Notes under the pieces: generated by a model
Database searches by the model: none
Told to the model about the DNA's origin: nothing
What the model saw: only the letters and a program-made list of their open reading frames with translations
Origin: an uncultured Tyzzerella sp.
GTDB taxonomy: Bacteria; Bacillota; Clostridia; Lachnospirales; CAG-274
DNA length: 64,000 nucleotides
Reading direction: 5' to 3'
Assembly: GCF_963558545.1 (NCBI RefSeq)
Contig: NZ_CAUWHO010000008.1
Span: forward strand, 503-64,502
Shown here: in pieces, positions 40,437-49,778 of the stretch
How positions within the stretch are numbered: position 1 is the stretch's first letter
Layout of the letters: the number at the start of each line of letters is the position of its first letter
Made by a program: the position numbers and the translations under genes

Positions 40437-41225
40437 TTATTTGTTTAATCTTTGGCTTAATACTTCGTAAAAGATAATAGCAGATGAAATAGAAGCATTC
40501 ATAGATTCTACATTTCCTACCATAGGTATTTTAACAAGCTCGTCTGATTTTTCTTTATATTCGTCTAAAACACCATTGGCCTCATTACCAATTAATATAC
40601 CTATGGACTTTTTAAAATCTATATTATATGGAGCTTTTTTACCCTCTAAATGAGTGCAAACAATTTTTACTTTATTATCTTTTAAATAGTCTATTAAACT
40701 TAATAAATCACATTGTTCTATAACCTTAATATGGAATATAGAACCCATGGTTGCTCTTATAACTTTGTCATTATATAAATCTACACACCCTTTAGATAAA
40801 AATATTGTATCTACACCTAAAGCCTCTGCTGTTCTTATAATAGTCCCCATATTACCTGGGTCACATATTCTATCTAATATTACAAAAAAATTATTACTTG
40901 TTATTTTTATATCCTCTATACAATTTTTAGGTATGTTACAAATAGCCATTATCCCTTGTGGGTTTATTGTATCACTTATCTTTTTAAAAACACTATCTGA
41001 TACAACTAAACTTTGTATATTTTTATATTTATCTTTTTGGTTTATTTCATTATAAAATTTTTCAGAGAAAACAATCATTTCTATATTTACACTATCTGGT
41101 ATTTCATCTATAATTCTTTCTCCTTCTATGTAAAATTTACCCAATTTTTCTCTTTCTTTTTTTTGTTTTAATTTTATTATGTCTTTAATTGTTTGGTTTT
41201 TATCACTTGTAATCAATTTTTTCAC
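40437..41225 (-). CDS. TrmH/SpoU-family RNA 2'-O-methyltransferase
   Basis: 262 aa. DPGNMGTIIRTAEA, GNEANGV and PMVGNVESMNASISSAIIFYE. GTG start. Confidence 0.85.
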   Translation of the reverse strand: MKKLITSDKNQTIKDIIKLKQKKEREKLGKFYIEGERIIDEIPDSVNIEMIVFSEKFYNEINQKDKYKNIQSLVVSDSVFKKISDTINPQGIMAICNIPKNCIEDIKITSNNFFVILDRICDPGNMGTIIRTAEALGVDTIFLSKGCVDLYNDKVIRATMGSIFHIKVIEQCDLLSLIDYLKDNKVKIVCTHLEGKKAPYNIDFKKSIGILIGNEANGVLDEYKEKSDELVKIPMVGNVESMNASISSAIIFYEVLSQRLNK

Positions 41226-41231
41226 CTAATA

Positions 41232-41885
41232 TTAATTATTTATTTTTTGTATAGAATCATTTTCACCTACAACAACTAAAATATCCTCTTGTTTTATAAC
41301 TTCAGTTGGTAGAGGTGATACTATTACTGTATTTTCTCTTTTTATAGCTACTATATTAAGACCGTGTTTAGCACGCACATTACTATCTAGTATAGATTTA
41401 TTAACCCAATTTTTTTCTGGTTGAATCTCAACAATAGCAAATTTATCAGATAAATTTATATAATCTATAATATTTGTTGTAATTAAGGTATTAGCTATTC
41501 TAGCGCCCATATCTCTTTCTGGTAAAACAACTCTATCTGCACCTACCTTTTGTAGTATAGATTTTTGTATATCATTTTTAGCTTTAGCTATTACAAACTT
41601 TGCACCTAGCTCTTTTGCCATCATAGTTGCCAATATGCTCCCTTCCATATCTTCTCCTATAGCAACTATTACTACATCAAAATTATTTACACCAAATTGG
41701 TCCAAAACGTGAACATCTGTAACGTCTGCTTGTACAGAATGACAGCCATATTTTGCCATTTCATTTACTATTTCTATATCTTTATCACAACATAAAACAT
41801 CACAATCATTTTCTATTAATGTTCTAGCTAAACTTTGTCCAAACCTTCCTAAACCAAGCACTGCAAATTGTCTATTTCTTCCCAT
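41232..41885 (-). CDS. ktrA: Potassium uptake regulatory subunit (TrkA/KtrA, RCK domains)
   Basis: 217 aa. FAVLGLGRFG is a Rossmann motif, followed by an RCK_C region. Confidence 0.85.
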   Translation of the reverse strand: MGRNRQFAVLGLGRFGQSLARTLIENDCDVLCCDKDIEIVNEMAKYGCHSVQADVTDVHVLDQFGVNNFDVVIVAIGEDMEGSILATMMAKELGAKFVIAKAKNDIQKSILQKVGADRVVLPERDMGARIANTLITTNIIDYINLSDKFAIVEIQPEKNWVNKSILDSNVRAKHGLNIVAIKRENTVIVSPLPTEVIKQEDILVVVGENDSIQKINN

Positions 41886-41898
41886 TTTTCCCTCCGTA

Positions 41899-43296
41899 TT
41901 ATCCTACTATTATCTTTTCTTCTGGATAATGTATAACATTTTTTTTATTAGGTTTTCTAAATGATAATGCTAGTACAATTGTTATAGGCCCTAATCTACC
42001 AATAAACATACATAATATTATTACAATCTTTCCTGCAAAAGATAAAGTTGGAGTAACACCAGTAGATAATCCCACTGTACCTAAGGCAGAGCAAACCTCA
42101 TATAAAAGGTCTATAAATTCATATTTTACACCTATACCATCTTCTGTCATAGTCAAAATTATAGTTGCAATAAAAATTAATGTCATCATCATCATAATAA
42201 TAGACAATGCTTTTTGTATAGTAGATACACTTATTTTCCTTTTAAAAGCTATTATACAGTCTTTACCTTTTATAACAGATATAACAGCTAGTGCTAATAC
42301 ACCTATAGTTACTGTTTTTATACCACCAGCTGTACCACCAGGCGACCCTCCTATCGACATTAATATAATTACTAAAAATTTTGAGCCATAGCTTAAATCT
42401 GCCTGTCCTATTGCATCAAATCCTGCTGTCCTTAGTGTAACAGATTGAAATAAAGATGCTAAAATTTTTTCATCAAACCTAAAATTTGATAAAGTTTTGG
42501 GATTATTATATTCTATAACAAATGTTAATATAGCACCTAGTAATATTAGTATACACGTCATAGTTAATGCCAATTTAGAATGTACTGTCATAGTAAATAA
42601 TTCTACTTTTTTCTTTCTAAACTTTGCTATTTTATATTTAGTATACTTGCTAATATCTATTAAAACGGTAAAACCTAAACCACCTAATATAATTAGTAAC
42701 ATTATAGTTATATTTATTGTGTAATCTCTAGCATATGGAACAAGACTATTTTCCCCCAATATATCAAAACCTGCATTACAAAAAGCTGATACAGAATGAA
42801 ATATTCCTCTAAAAACTCCTCCAAAAAATCCGTACTCTGGTATAAATCTTAAAGATAATATTATTGCTCCTATGCCCTCTATAATAAATGTAACTTTTAT
42901 TATTTTTTTTAAAAACATTACCATACCTTTAAAAGTTGATAGATTAAATGATTCTTGTATTAATATTCTTTCTTTTAATGTTATCTTTTTGCCCAAAAAT
43001 ACTAATACTATGGTAAATAAACTCATAAATCCTAGTCCACCTATTTGTATAAGAAGCAATATTACAATCTTTCCAAACAAACTCCAATGATAAAGTGTAT
43101 TTACTACAACAAGCCCTGTAACACAAACGGCTGATGTTGATGTAAAAAGTGCATCTATAAATCCAATACTTTTTCCATTTTGGCTAGCTATTGGTAAATT
43201 TAATAAAAAAGCCCCTATAATTACTACAATAAAAAAACTAAAAGCTATAATATGTGGTGGCTTAAAATGAAATAAACTTTTTTCTTTGGTTTTCAC
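41899..43296 (-). CDS. ktrB: Potassium uptake membrane subunit (TrkH/KtrB family)
   Basis: Polytopic. FKPPHIIAFSFF near the N-terminus as in KtrB, and repeated GG/GLS selectivity-filter-like motifs. Start is tentative: GTG 43294-43296 after GGGAGAG, whereas the track start is TTG at 43320. Confidence 0.8.
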   Translation of the reverse strand: MKTKEKSLFHFKPPHIIAFSFFIVVIIGAFLLNLPIASQNGKSIGFIDALFTSTSAVCVTGLVVVNTLYHWSLFGKIVILLLIQIGGLGFMSLFTIVLVFLGKKITLKERILIQESFNLSTFKGMVMFLKKIIKVTFIIEGIGAIILSLRFIPEYGFFGGVFRGIFHSVSAFCNAGFDILGENSLVPYARDYTINITIMLLIILGGLGFTVLIDISKYTKYKIAKFRKKKVELFTMTVHSKLALTMTCILILLGAILTFVIEYNNPKTLSNFRFDEKILASLFQSVTLRTAGFDAIGQADLSYGSKFLVIILMSIGGSPGGTAGGIKTVTIGVLALAVISVIKGKDCIIAFKRKISVSTIQKALSIIMMMMTLIFIATIILTMTEDGIGVKYEFIDLLYEVCSALGTVGLSTGVTPTLSFAGKIVIILCMFIGRLGPITIVLALSFRKPNKKNVIHYPEEKIIVG

Positions 43297-43398
43297 TCTA
43301 TCTCTCCCTTTCTTTAGCAATTTTATTATAACATATTTAAAATATAAGGCAATATTTTTTTAATAATTATGTATATTTATTTTTAAAGCTATAAATTA

Positions 43399-43441
43399 TT
43401 TTTTTGGATAATTTGTATTCAAGAATATATATTAATATATT
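43399..43441 (+). repeat. Recurrent intergenic motif, weaker copy R4
   Basis: tttttttggataatttgtattcaagaatatatattaatatatt. Confidence 0.4.
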
Positions 43442-43516
43442 TATTTATAAAGATTAATACAATCCCTGTGTATATTTCCTCTTTAAAAATATAAGTCATA
43501 CCGTAATTGATATAAA

Positions 43517-43542
43517 TAAAAAAAGCCACTATTAATAGTGAC
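43517..43542 (-). terminator. Terminator after tRNA-Leu
   Basis: Minus strand gtcactattaatagtggc followed by TTTTTTT. Confidence 0.7.
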
Positions 43543-43550
43543 TTAAACTA

Positions 43551-43629
43551 TGCGGACAGTGGGACTTGAACCCACACTCCTAGGAACTAGATTCTAAGTC
43601 TAGCGCGTCTGCCATTCCGCCATGTCCGC
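43551..43629 (-). tRNA. tRNA-Leu (anticodon UAG), class II with an 11-nt variable arm; CCA not encoded
   Basis: Minus strand GCGGACA TG GCGG AAUGGCAGA CGCG CUAGA CUUAGAA UCUAG UUCCUAGGAGU GUGGG UUCAAGU CCCAC UGUCCGC A. Acceptor, anticodon and T stems are all Watson-Crick. Confidence 0.9.
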
Positions 43630-43650
43630 AAATCCTTAACTTTCTTGTAT

Positions 43651-43679
43651 ATGATAACATATATAAATATATATGTCAA
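43651..43679 (-). promoter_or_regulatory. tRNA-Leu promoter
   Basis: Minus strand TTGACA-N17-TATCAT, about 20 nt upstream of the tRNA 5' end. Confidence 0.6.
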
Positions 43680-43742
43680 TACTTTTGTTAGTTTTTTTAA
43701 ATAAGCTTATTTATAAATAATATGTATATAATAAAAATATAT

Positions 43743-43796
43743 AAAACAAAGATAAGATAGTGTAATATTATACTTATACTTTCTTATCTTTGTTTT
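43743..43796 (-). terminator. Hairpin after the amidase gene
   Basis: aaaacaaagataag / cttatctttgtttt, a 14-bp stem. Confidence 0.6.
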
Positions 43797-43803
43797 ATAA
43801 AAT

Positions 43804-45879
43804 TTACCTTTTGCTAGGAAACTTTTCTGTTATTTCTAAAATACCATCATAAATAGCCTTAGCTGCTTTTTGTTTAAATTCTGGTGTACTTATTCTTGCT
43901 GCTTCTGCAGGGTTACTTAAAAATCCTATTTCACATAAAACAGCAGGTATTTTATTATTTCTAAGCACAATTAAATTAGATGTTTTTACTTTTCTATCTA
44001 ATGTACCAAGTTCTTTTAGTAAATTTTTTTGCAAAATATCTGCCATATCTTTACTTGTAAGTCCAGTGTCATTTGTATTAGGGTTTAAATAATATACTTC
44101 AGTACCATTAGGCCCAGGTTCACCTTTTCCTGACGCATTTTGATGTATAGATACAAACATATCTCCAACTTCATTTGACATATTAGTTCTATCGTTAAAG
44201 CTTGGGTTTACATCTTCAAGTCTTGTAAAATAAGCTTTAATATTATGGTTTTGTTCAAATAATTGATTTAATATAAGAGAAATATCAAGGTTTATATCTT
44301 TTTCTACTAACCCATTTCCAGTAGTACCAGGTGCTTCTCCACCGTGTCCTGGGTCTACAACAACTACATTTTTATATTTTTCTTTTGGTAAAAGCATATT
44401 AATATATATATAATTGATATCTTCTGTTACATTAATGGCTGTTATTTTTTTACAATCTATTATCATTTGTGTCCTATTAGATACATTTTCTACCGTTATT
44501 TTGTTTACAAGCTCATTATCAACTCTATGCTCGCCTATATTTATTAAAGGTGTTATATCTGTATCAAATGTTAGTATATATTCTTTATTTAAATAGTTGT
44601 CTGTATGTTTAATATTATTTATATTAATAGGCACACTAGATTTTTTCTCTATTTTAAATTGTCTATTAGATGTAATATTACTGTTAAGTTCATTGTTAGT
44701 GTCAATGTTACTATTGTTTTCTTCCTTATATATTGTTATTACTGTTGTATTTTCTTGCTTTTTGTGAGAAAATTTAATATCTTCATTAAGTGTAGCTTCT
44801 ATGTTAATATTAACTCCTGTACTTTTACTATAATCCAAATTATTGATATACTTTGTTTTTTGTATATTTTCCGTTAATCCTACAAGAGCTGCATTTTTTA
44901 TTTCTATATTTAATCTATCCTTAGCTTCATTTTTAGTTATGTTAACATCTGGTGCAAATTCTCCATATATTTTTAAAATATCATTAACACCGTCATTATA
45001 CATATCTAATTTTTTAATTGGATTTCCTCCAAAATTTACATATAATGTCTTTCCATCTTCTGATAAAAAGTTATTGTTTAAAACTGAGCTTTTTGTTTTA
45101 AAAATAAATCTTGTTATGTTATTATCTTTATTTTCTATTGTAACATTAGATATAAATTCTGTTATACTATCAATGCTTGTCTGGTTTATATTATTTTTAG
45201 AATTATATATATCTATAGCAACTGCTCCATTATCTAGTATTACTTGTTCAAACTTTTCAATTTTTTTATTTGAATATATACTAAAAGTTCTTTCGTCAGA
45301 ATCTGGCATATTTATTCCTTCAATATTTATTTGGGGATTAGATATTGTAGTTGTTTCCAATGTAGTTGTTTCTGTTGTTGTATCTTGTAATATTTTTTCT
45401 TTAATATCTATTATTCTTTCATCATTTTTCCACACAACATCAAGTCCCATAGCCTCACTTACAAAACGAACAGGTATCATAGTTTTACTATTTATAAGTT
45501 TAGGTGGGATACTCATCTTAAATAGTTGTCCATTTACTGTTGCATTTACATCATTTATCTTCATAAGAACAACCATATCTTTATATACTACTTGTACCTG
45601 CTCCTTATCTTTTATCCAAGTAACACTTGCTCCTATTTTTTCAAAGCTTTCTCTAGCTGGCACAAGTGTATAATTATTAATTATAATAGGCTCTAGAGGT
45701 AAATCTTCCACTTTTTTAGAATTAACATATAAATAAACACGTTCTTTATTATATGTATATGTTTTGTTATCATATGTTATTTTAAAATTTACATATGGCG
45801 CTGAAAATGTACAAATATTAATCATTAAAACAAATATCATAGTAAAAAACACTAATAGAAAATTTTTTTGTTTAAACAT
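43804..45879 (-). CDS. N-acetylmuramoyl-L-alanine amidase (Amidase_3) with N-terminal copper-amine-oxidase-N-like wall-binding domain
   Basis: 691 aa. Signal/TM, then YTLVPARESFEKIGASVTW..TMIPVRFVSEAMGLDVVW, a TTTETTT linker, and C-terminal VVVDPGHGGEAPGT...SIHQNA...LCEIGFLSNP. Confidence 0.88.
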   Translation of the reverse strand: MFKQKNFLLVFFTMIFVLMINICTFSAPYVNFKITYDNKTYTYNKERVYLYVNSKKVEDLPLEPIIINNYTLVPARESFEKIGASVTWIKDKEQVQVVYKDMVVLMKINDVNATVNGQLFKMSIPPKLINSKTMIPVRFVSEAMGLDVVWKNDERIIDIKEKILQDTTTETTTLETTTISNPQINIEGINMPDSDERTFSIYSNKKIEKFEQVILDNGAVAIDIYNSKNNINQTSIDSITEFISNVTIENKDNNITRFIFKTKSSVLNNNFLSEDGKTLYVNFGGNPIKKLDMYNDGVNDILKIYGEFAPDVNITKNEAKDRLNIEIKNAALVGLTENIQKTKYINNLDYSKSTGVNINIEATLNEDIKFSHKKQENTTVITIYKEENNSNIDTNNELNSNITSNRQFKIEKKSSVPININNIKHTDNYLNKEYILTFDTDITPLINIGEHRVDNELVNKITVENVSNRTQMIIDCKKITAINVTEDINYIYINMLLPKEKYKNVVVVDPGHGGEAPGTTGNGLVEKDINLDISLILNQLFEQNHNIKAYFTRLEDVNPSFNDRTNMSNEVGDMFVSIHQNASGKGEPGPNGTEVYYLNPNTNDTGLTSKDMADILQKNLLKELGTLDRKVKTSNLIVLRNNKIPAVLCEIGFLSNPAEAARISTPEFKQKAAKAIYDGILEITEKFPSKR

Positions 45880-46063
45880 AAGTAGCCTCCATTATTTTTC
45901 TTGTATTTTTATATTATAACAAATTTCTTTATATAATTACAATACTTACGCATATTTGAAATAAAAATGTAATAATCTTTATTTTTAAGTATCCTAATCG
46001 TATATAATAACAAAAAGTATCTAAAATTATATAGATACTTTTTGTTATTATAATATTTAACAC

Positions 46064-48223
46064 TTATTCTTCTTCATTTTCTAAAACAAATTTAAAATCT
46101 ATCGTTCTTTCATACATATCAGTAGATATAAGCTTAACTGTAACTACATTACCTAAAGAATATCTTTTACCTGTTTTCTCTCCAAAATATTGCATATTTT
46201 TTTCATCATAATAGTAATAATCATCTTCAATATTTTTAGGAGATACCATACCCTCTATAGTGTTTGGTAATTCTACATATATACCCCAACTAGTTATGCC
46301 AGATATAACACCTTTAAATATTTGTCCAATCTTATCTTGCATATATTCAACTTTTTTAACAAGGCAAGTTTCTCTCTCTGCATCTTCTGCCACACGCTCT
46401 CTATTAGAACACTTTAGGCAAATATCTGGTAATTTTTTACTTAGTGTATTTACTCTTTTTTCATTTAAATTTCCATTTATATTTTCTTTTATAATACGGT
46501 GTATCTGTAAATCTGGATATCTTCTTATAGGAGATGTAAAATGACAATAATATTTTGCTGCCAAACCAAAATGTCCTTCATTTCTAAAAGTATATCTAGC
46601 CTGCTTAAAACTTCTTAGCACTATCCTACTTATAACCATTTCCTCTGGTGTTCCTTTAGCTTTATCAAGTAACTTTTGAAAGGCCTTAGAGTGTATATTG
46701 CTCCCTTTTAGTTTATATCCAAATTTAGATATAAATTCTGCCATTTCTTCTACTTTTTCTACATCTGGTTCTTCGTGAGAACGGTAAACAAAAGGTAACT
46801 CTAGCCAATAATAATGCTCTGCAACTGTTTCGTTAGCTACAAGCATAAATTCTTCTATTATACTTGTAGCAACATTTCTTTCATATAGCTTTATTTCTAT
46901 TGGCTGTCTATCCTCATTTAAAATAATTTTAGCTTCTTCAAAATCAAACTCTATTGCCCCTCTTTTTATACGTTTTTGCAGTAGTATATTTCTAAGTTCT
47001 TCCATAGTTTTAAACATATTTAAAAAATCTTTATTATCTTCTAAATAAGGACTATTTTCGTTTGTTAAAACATCATTTACAATAGTATAGCTCATTCTCT
47101 TATCTACATTTATAAGTGTTTCTGCTATTTGATGATTGCAAATAGTACCATTTTGGTCTATTTCCATTATACAGCTTAAAGCCAATCTGTCTTGTTTTTC
47201 ATTTAATGAGCATATACCGTTAGATAATTTATGTGGCAACATAGGTATAACTCTATCTACAAGGTAAACACTTGTGCCTCTTTTTATTGCCTCTCTATCA
47301 AGAGCAGTACCTTCTTTTACATAATGTGTAACATCTGCTATATGAACACCCAAGCTATAGTGTCCATTTTCTAATTTTTGTATAGTTATAGCATCATCTA
47401 AGTCTTTAGCATCTTCTCCATCTATAGTTACAGTTTGTAAATTTCTTAAATCAAGCCTATTTATTTTTTCTTCTTCTAGTACTTCACTAGGTATATTTTC
47501 TATTTGCTTATAAACTAAGTCATCAAAATCTGTTGGTAGTTCAAATTGTTTTATAATAGATAAAATATCTACACCAGGGTCATTTATATGTCCTATTATT
47601 TCTGTAACCTTTCCCTCTGGTTTTTTACCCTCTTCTGCTTGTTTTATTATTTCTACAACAACCTTATGTCCTGTAACTGCACCCATAGTGTATTTTTTAG
47701 GTATAAAAATATCTTTATACATTCTCTTTTCATCTGGTATAACAAATCCAAAGCTTTGGCTTTGCTCAAATGTTCCTACTATATGTTTAAATCCTTTTTC
47801 CAACACTTTTATTATAACACCTTCTGGCCTTTTGCCTGTTTCTTCTTCTGTTATTTGGCAAAGCACCTTGTCTTTATGCATAGCTCCATTAGTATTTTTT
47901 TCGTGTATAAATATATCTCTTTTGTTATATAAGTCATCATTTTCTACTACAACAAATCCAAAACCTTTAGATGTACTAGTGTAAGTACCATATACCATAT
48001 TTAAGCTTTCTGGTAGCATTATTTTACCTTTTTGGGTTAAAACAAGCTTCCCATCTACCAATAGCTCATTTACTATTTGTTCAAATAAATCTCTATCTTT
48101 AACAGGCACTTCCATAAACATCATAATATCGTTTATTTTCATAGGCTTATATTCCTTAGATTTAACAAAACCTAATATTTTTGCCTTTTTTTCATCTAAA
48201 ATATTACTATCTATATCTATCAT
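46064..48223 (-). CDS. rnr: Ribonuclease R
   Basis: 719 aa. Cold-shock/OB, RNB (DGEDAKDLDDA, HFGLAAKYYCHFTSPIRRYPDL) and S1 domains. Confidence 0.95.
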   Translation of the reverse strand: MIDIDSNILDEKKAKILGFVKSKEYKPMKINDIMMFMEVPVKDRDLFEQIVNELLVDGKLVLTQKGKIMLPESLNMVYGTYTSTSKGFGFVVVENDDLYNKRDIFIHEKNTNGAMHKDKVLCQITEEETGKRPEGVIIKVLEKGFKHIVGTFEQSQSFGFVIPDEKRMYKDIFIPKKYTMGAVTGHKVVVEIIKQAEEGKKPEGKVTEIIGHINDPGVDILSIIKQFELPTDFDDLVYKQIENIPSEVLEEEKINRLDLRNLQTVTIDGEDAKDLDDAITIQKLENGHYSLGVHIADVTHYVKEGTALDREAIKRGTSVYLVDRVIPMLPHKLSNGICSLNEKQDRLALSCIMEIDQNGTICNHQIAETLINVDKRMSYTIVNDVLTNENSPYLEDNKDFLNMFKTMEELRNILLQKRIKRGAIEFDFEEAKIILNEDRQPIEIKLYERNVATSIIEEFMLVANETVAEHYYWLELPFVYRSHEEPDVEKVEEMAEFISKFGYKLKGSNIHSKAFQKLLDKAKGTPEEMVISRIVLRSFKQARYTFRNEGHFGLAAKYYCHFTSPIRRYPDLQIHRIIKENINGNLNEKRVNTLSKKLPDICLKCSNRERVAEDAERETCLVKKVEYMQDKIGQIFKGVISGITSWGIYVELPNTIEGMVSPKNIEDDYYYYDEKNMQYFGEKTGKRYSLGNVVTVKLISTDMYERTIDFKFVLENEEE

Positions 48224-48384
48224 TTTAACACCTCCTATGTGTTATTTTTATTTTATATAATTCTATAAGTATTATACAATCTTTTTATAATTTTTACAAC
48301 ACTTAATAAATTTTTTAATTTTATATATTTAAAATGCCCATTTAAGATAATCTTAAATAGGCAATAATAATTTTATAATTATTT

Positions 48385-48891
48385 TTATCTAACAAAACCT
48401 AAAGCAATTGTTACAATAAAGAATATTACACCTAGTATAATAGTAAGTCTAGCTAATTTGCTTTCTTTACTTCTACCTTTATTTTGGTTCCAATAAGACT
48501 GACTATCCCCACCTACAATAGAGCTTGATGTTATACCCGATGCCGACTTAGATTGTTGTAATACAACAACAATAAGTAAAAATGCAACTATACATTGTAT
48601 AACAGAAAGTCCTATAAAAGGTATACTCATACTGTCAGGCTTGCTAGCTGTTTCTGTTAATGTAGTTGTTTCTGTACTTTCATCTACAACAGTGCTATTT
48701 TCTGTACTTGTTGTAGCTTCGCTTGTTTCATCTGGTAAAATTTCTCCTTCTATACCAACTTGTTTTTCTTTTGTTTCCTCTACAACTCTAGGCTCAATAG
48801 ATAATTCTTCTTGTTGTGTATTTTCAGAGCTATTTTCTTGGCTATTATCTGCTGTTGTTTCTTCTATGTTATTTTCTACATTATCATTCAT
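48385..48891 (-). CDS. secG: Preprotein translocase subunit SecG with about 85-aa acidic Thr/Glu/Ser-rich N-terminal extension
   Basis: The C-terminal 80 aa (IVVVLQQSKSAS...LTIILGVIFFIVTIALGFV) align with Bacillus SecG. The only good Shine-Dalgarno (AGGAGGT) serves ATG 48889-48891 (MNDNVENN...). The internal Met in front of the SecG core has no Shine-Dalgarno. Confidence 0.75.
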   Translation of the reverse strand: MNDNVENNIEETTADNSQENSSENTQQEELSIEPRVVEETKEKQVGIEGEILPDETSEATTSTENSTVVDESTETTTLTETASKPDSMSIPFIGLSVIQCIVAFLLIVVVLQQSKSASGITSSSIVGGDSQSYWNQNKGRSKESKLARLTIILGVIFFIVTIALGFVR

Positions 48892-48993
48892 TTTTTTACC
48901 TCCTAAAAAAATCACTTTTTTTATTTTATCATACTAAAAGATATATATCAATAAAAATTTTACAAAAGGTTCTAGTTATATTGTTATAAAATT

Positions 48994-49680
48994 CTACTTA
49001 TTTTCAAATTTATACCCAACACCCCAAACAGTTTTTAAGCTCCATACATCTTCATAAGGCATTTTTTCTCTAATCCTTTTAACGTGCACATCTACTGTTC
49101 TAGTATCTCCTATAAATTCATATCCCCATATTTTATCAAGTAGTTGCTCTCTAGTAAAAACTTGATTTGGGTGTTGTGCTAAAAAGTTTAACAGTTCAAA
49201 TTCTTTTGGTGGTAGCTCTAGCTGTGTGCCGTGGTATGTTACTACATATGTTGAAGGGTTTATAGTCATATTAGGTACAACTATTTGGTTAGACTGTATA
49301 CTATCATCTTTATTATCAAATCTTCTAAGAACAGCCTTTACCCTAGCAACAAGCTCTTTGCTATCAAAAGGTTTTACTATATAATCATCTGCTCCAAGCT
49401 CAAGCCCTAAAACTTTATCAAATATCTCTCCTTTAGCTGTAAGCATTATTATAGGTACAGAGCTTATTTTTCTAATCTCTCTACATATTTGATAACCATC
49501 TATCTCTGGTAACATAATATCTAGTAAAACTAAATGTGGCGAAAAGTTTGAAAATTCTTCTATAGCTTTTCTACCACTATATACTTCTTTTGTTTCATAG
49601 CCTTCTTTATTTAAATATAAACTTATAAGCTCTGCAATATGCTCATCATCATCTACAACTAATATTTTTAGTTTACTCAT
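48994..49680 (-). CDS. OmpR/PhoB-family response regulator (no adjacent histidine kinase)
   Basis: 228 aa. Receiver (DD...D54-type LVLLDIMLP, K at TAKG) plus a winged-helix output domain (RTVDVHVKRIREK..WGVGYKF). Confidence 0.9.
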   Translation of the reverse strand: MSKLKILVVDDDEHIAELISLYLNKEGYETKEVYSGRKAIEEFSNFSPHLVLLDIMLPEIDGYQICREIRKISSVPIIMLTAKGEIFDKVLGLELGADDYIVKPFDSKELVARVKAVLRRFDNKDDSIQSNQIVVPNMTINPSTYVVTYHGTQLELPPKEFELLNFLAQHPNQVFTREQLLDKIWGYEFIGDTRTVDVHVKRIREKMPYEDVWSLKTVWGVGYKFENK

Positions 49681-49778
49681 AAAATTTCTCCCCTTTAAAA
49701 TCTATTTATAAAGATTTTACTATTCAAATTTTAAGTAAAAATGAATATTTTTTTAATTTTATAGATATTGTAAAAATA

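Noticed and set aside
43321-43550. Expected a c-di-AMP (ydaO/kimA-type) riboswitch upstream of the ktrB/ktrA potassium uptake genes.
   Set aside because: The spacer is almost pure A/T with no conserved GC helices or pseudoknot elements, so nothing resembles the ydaO fold.
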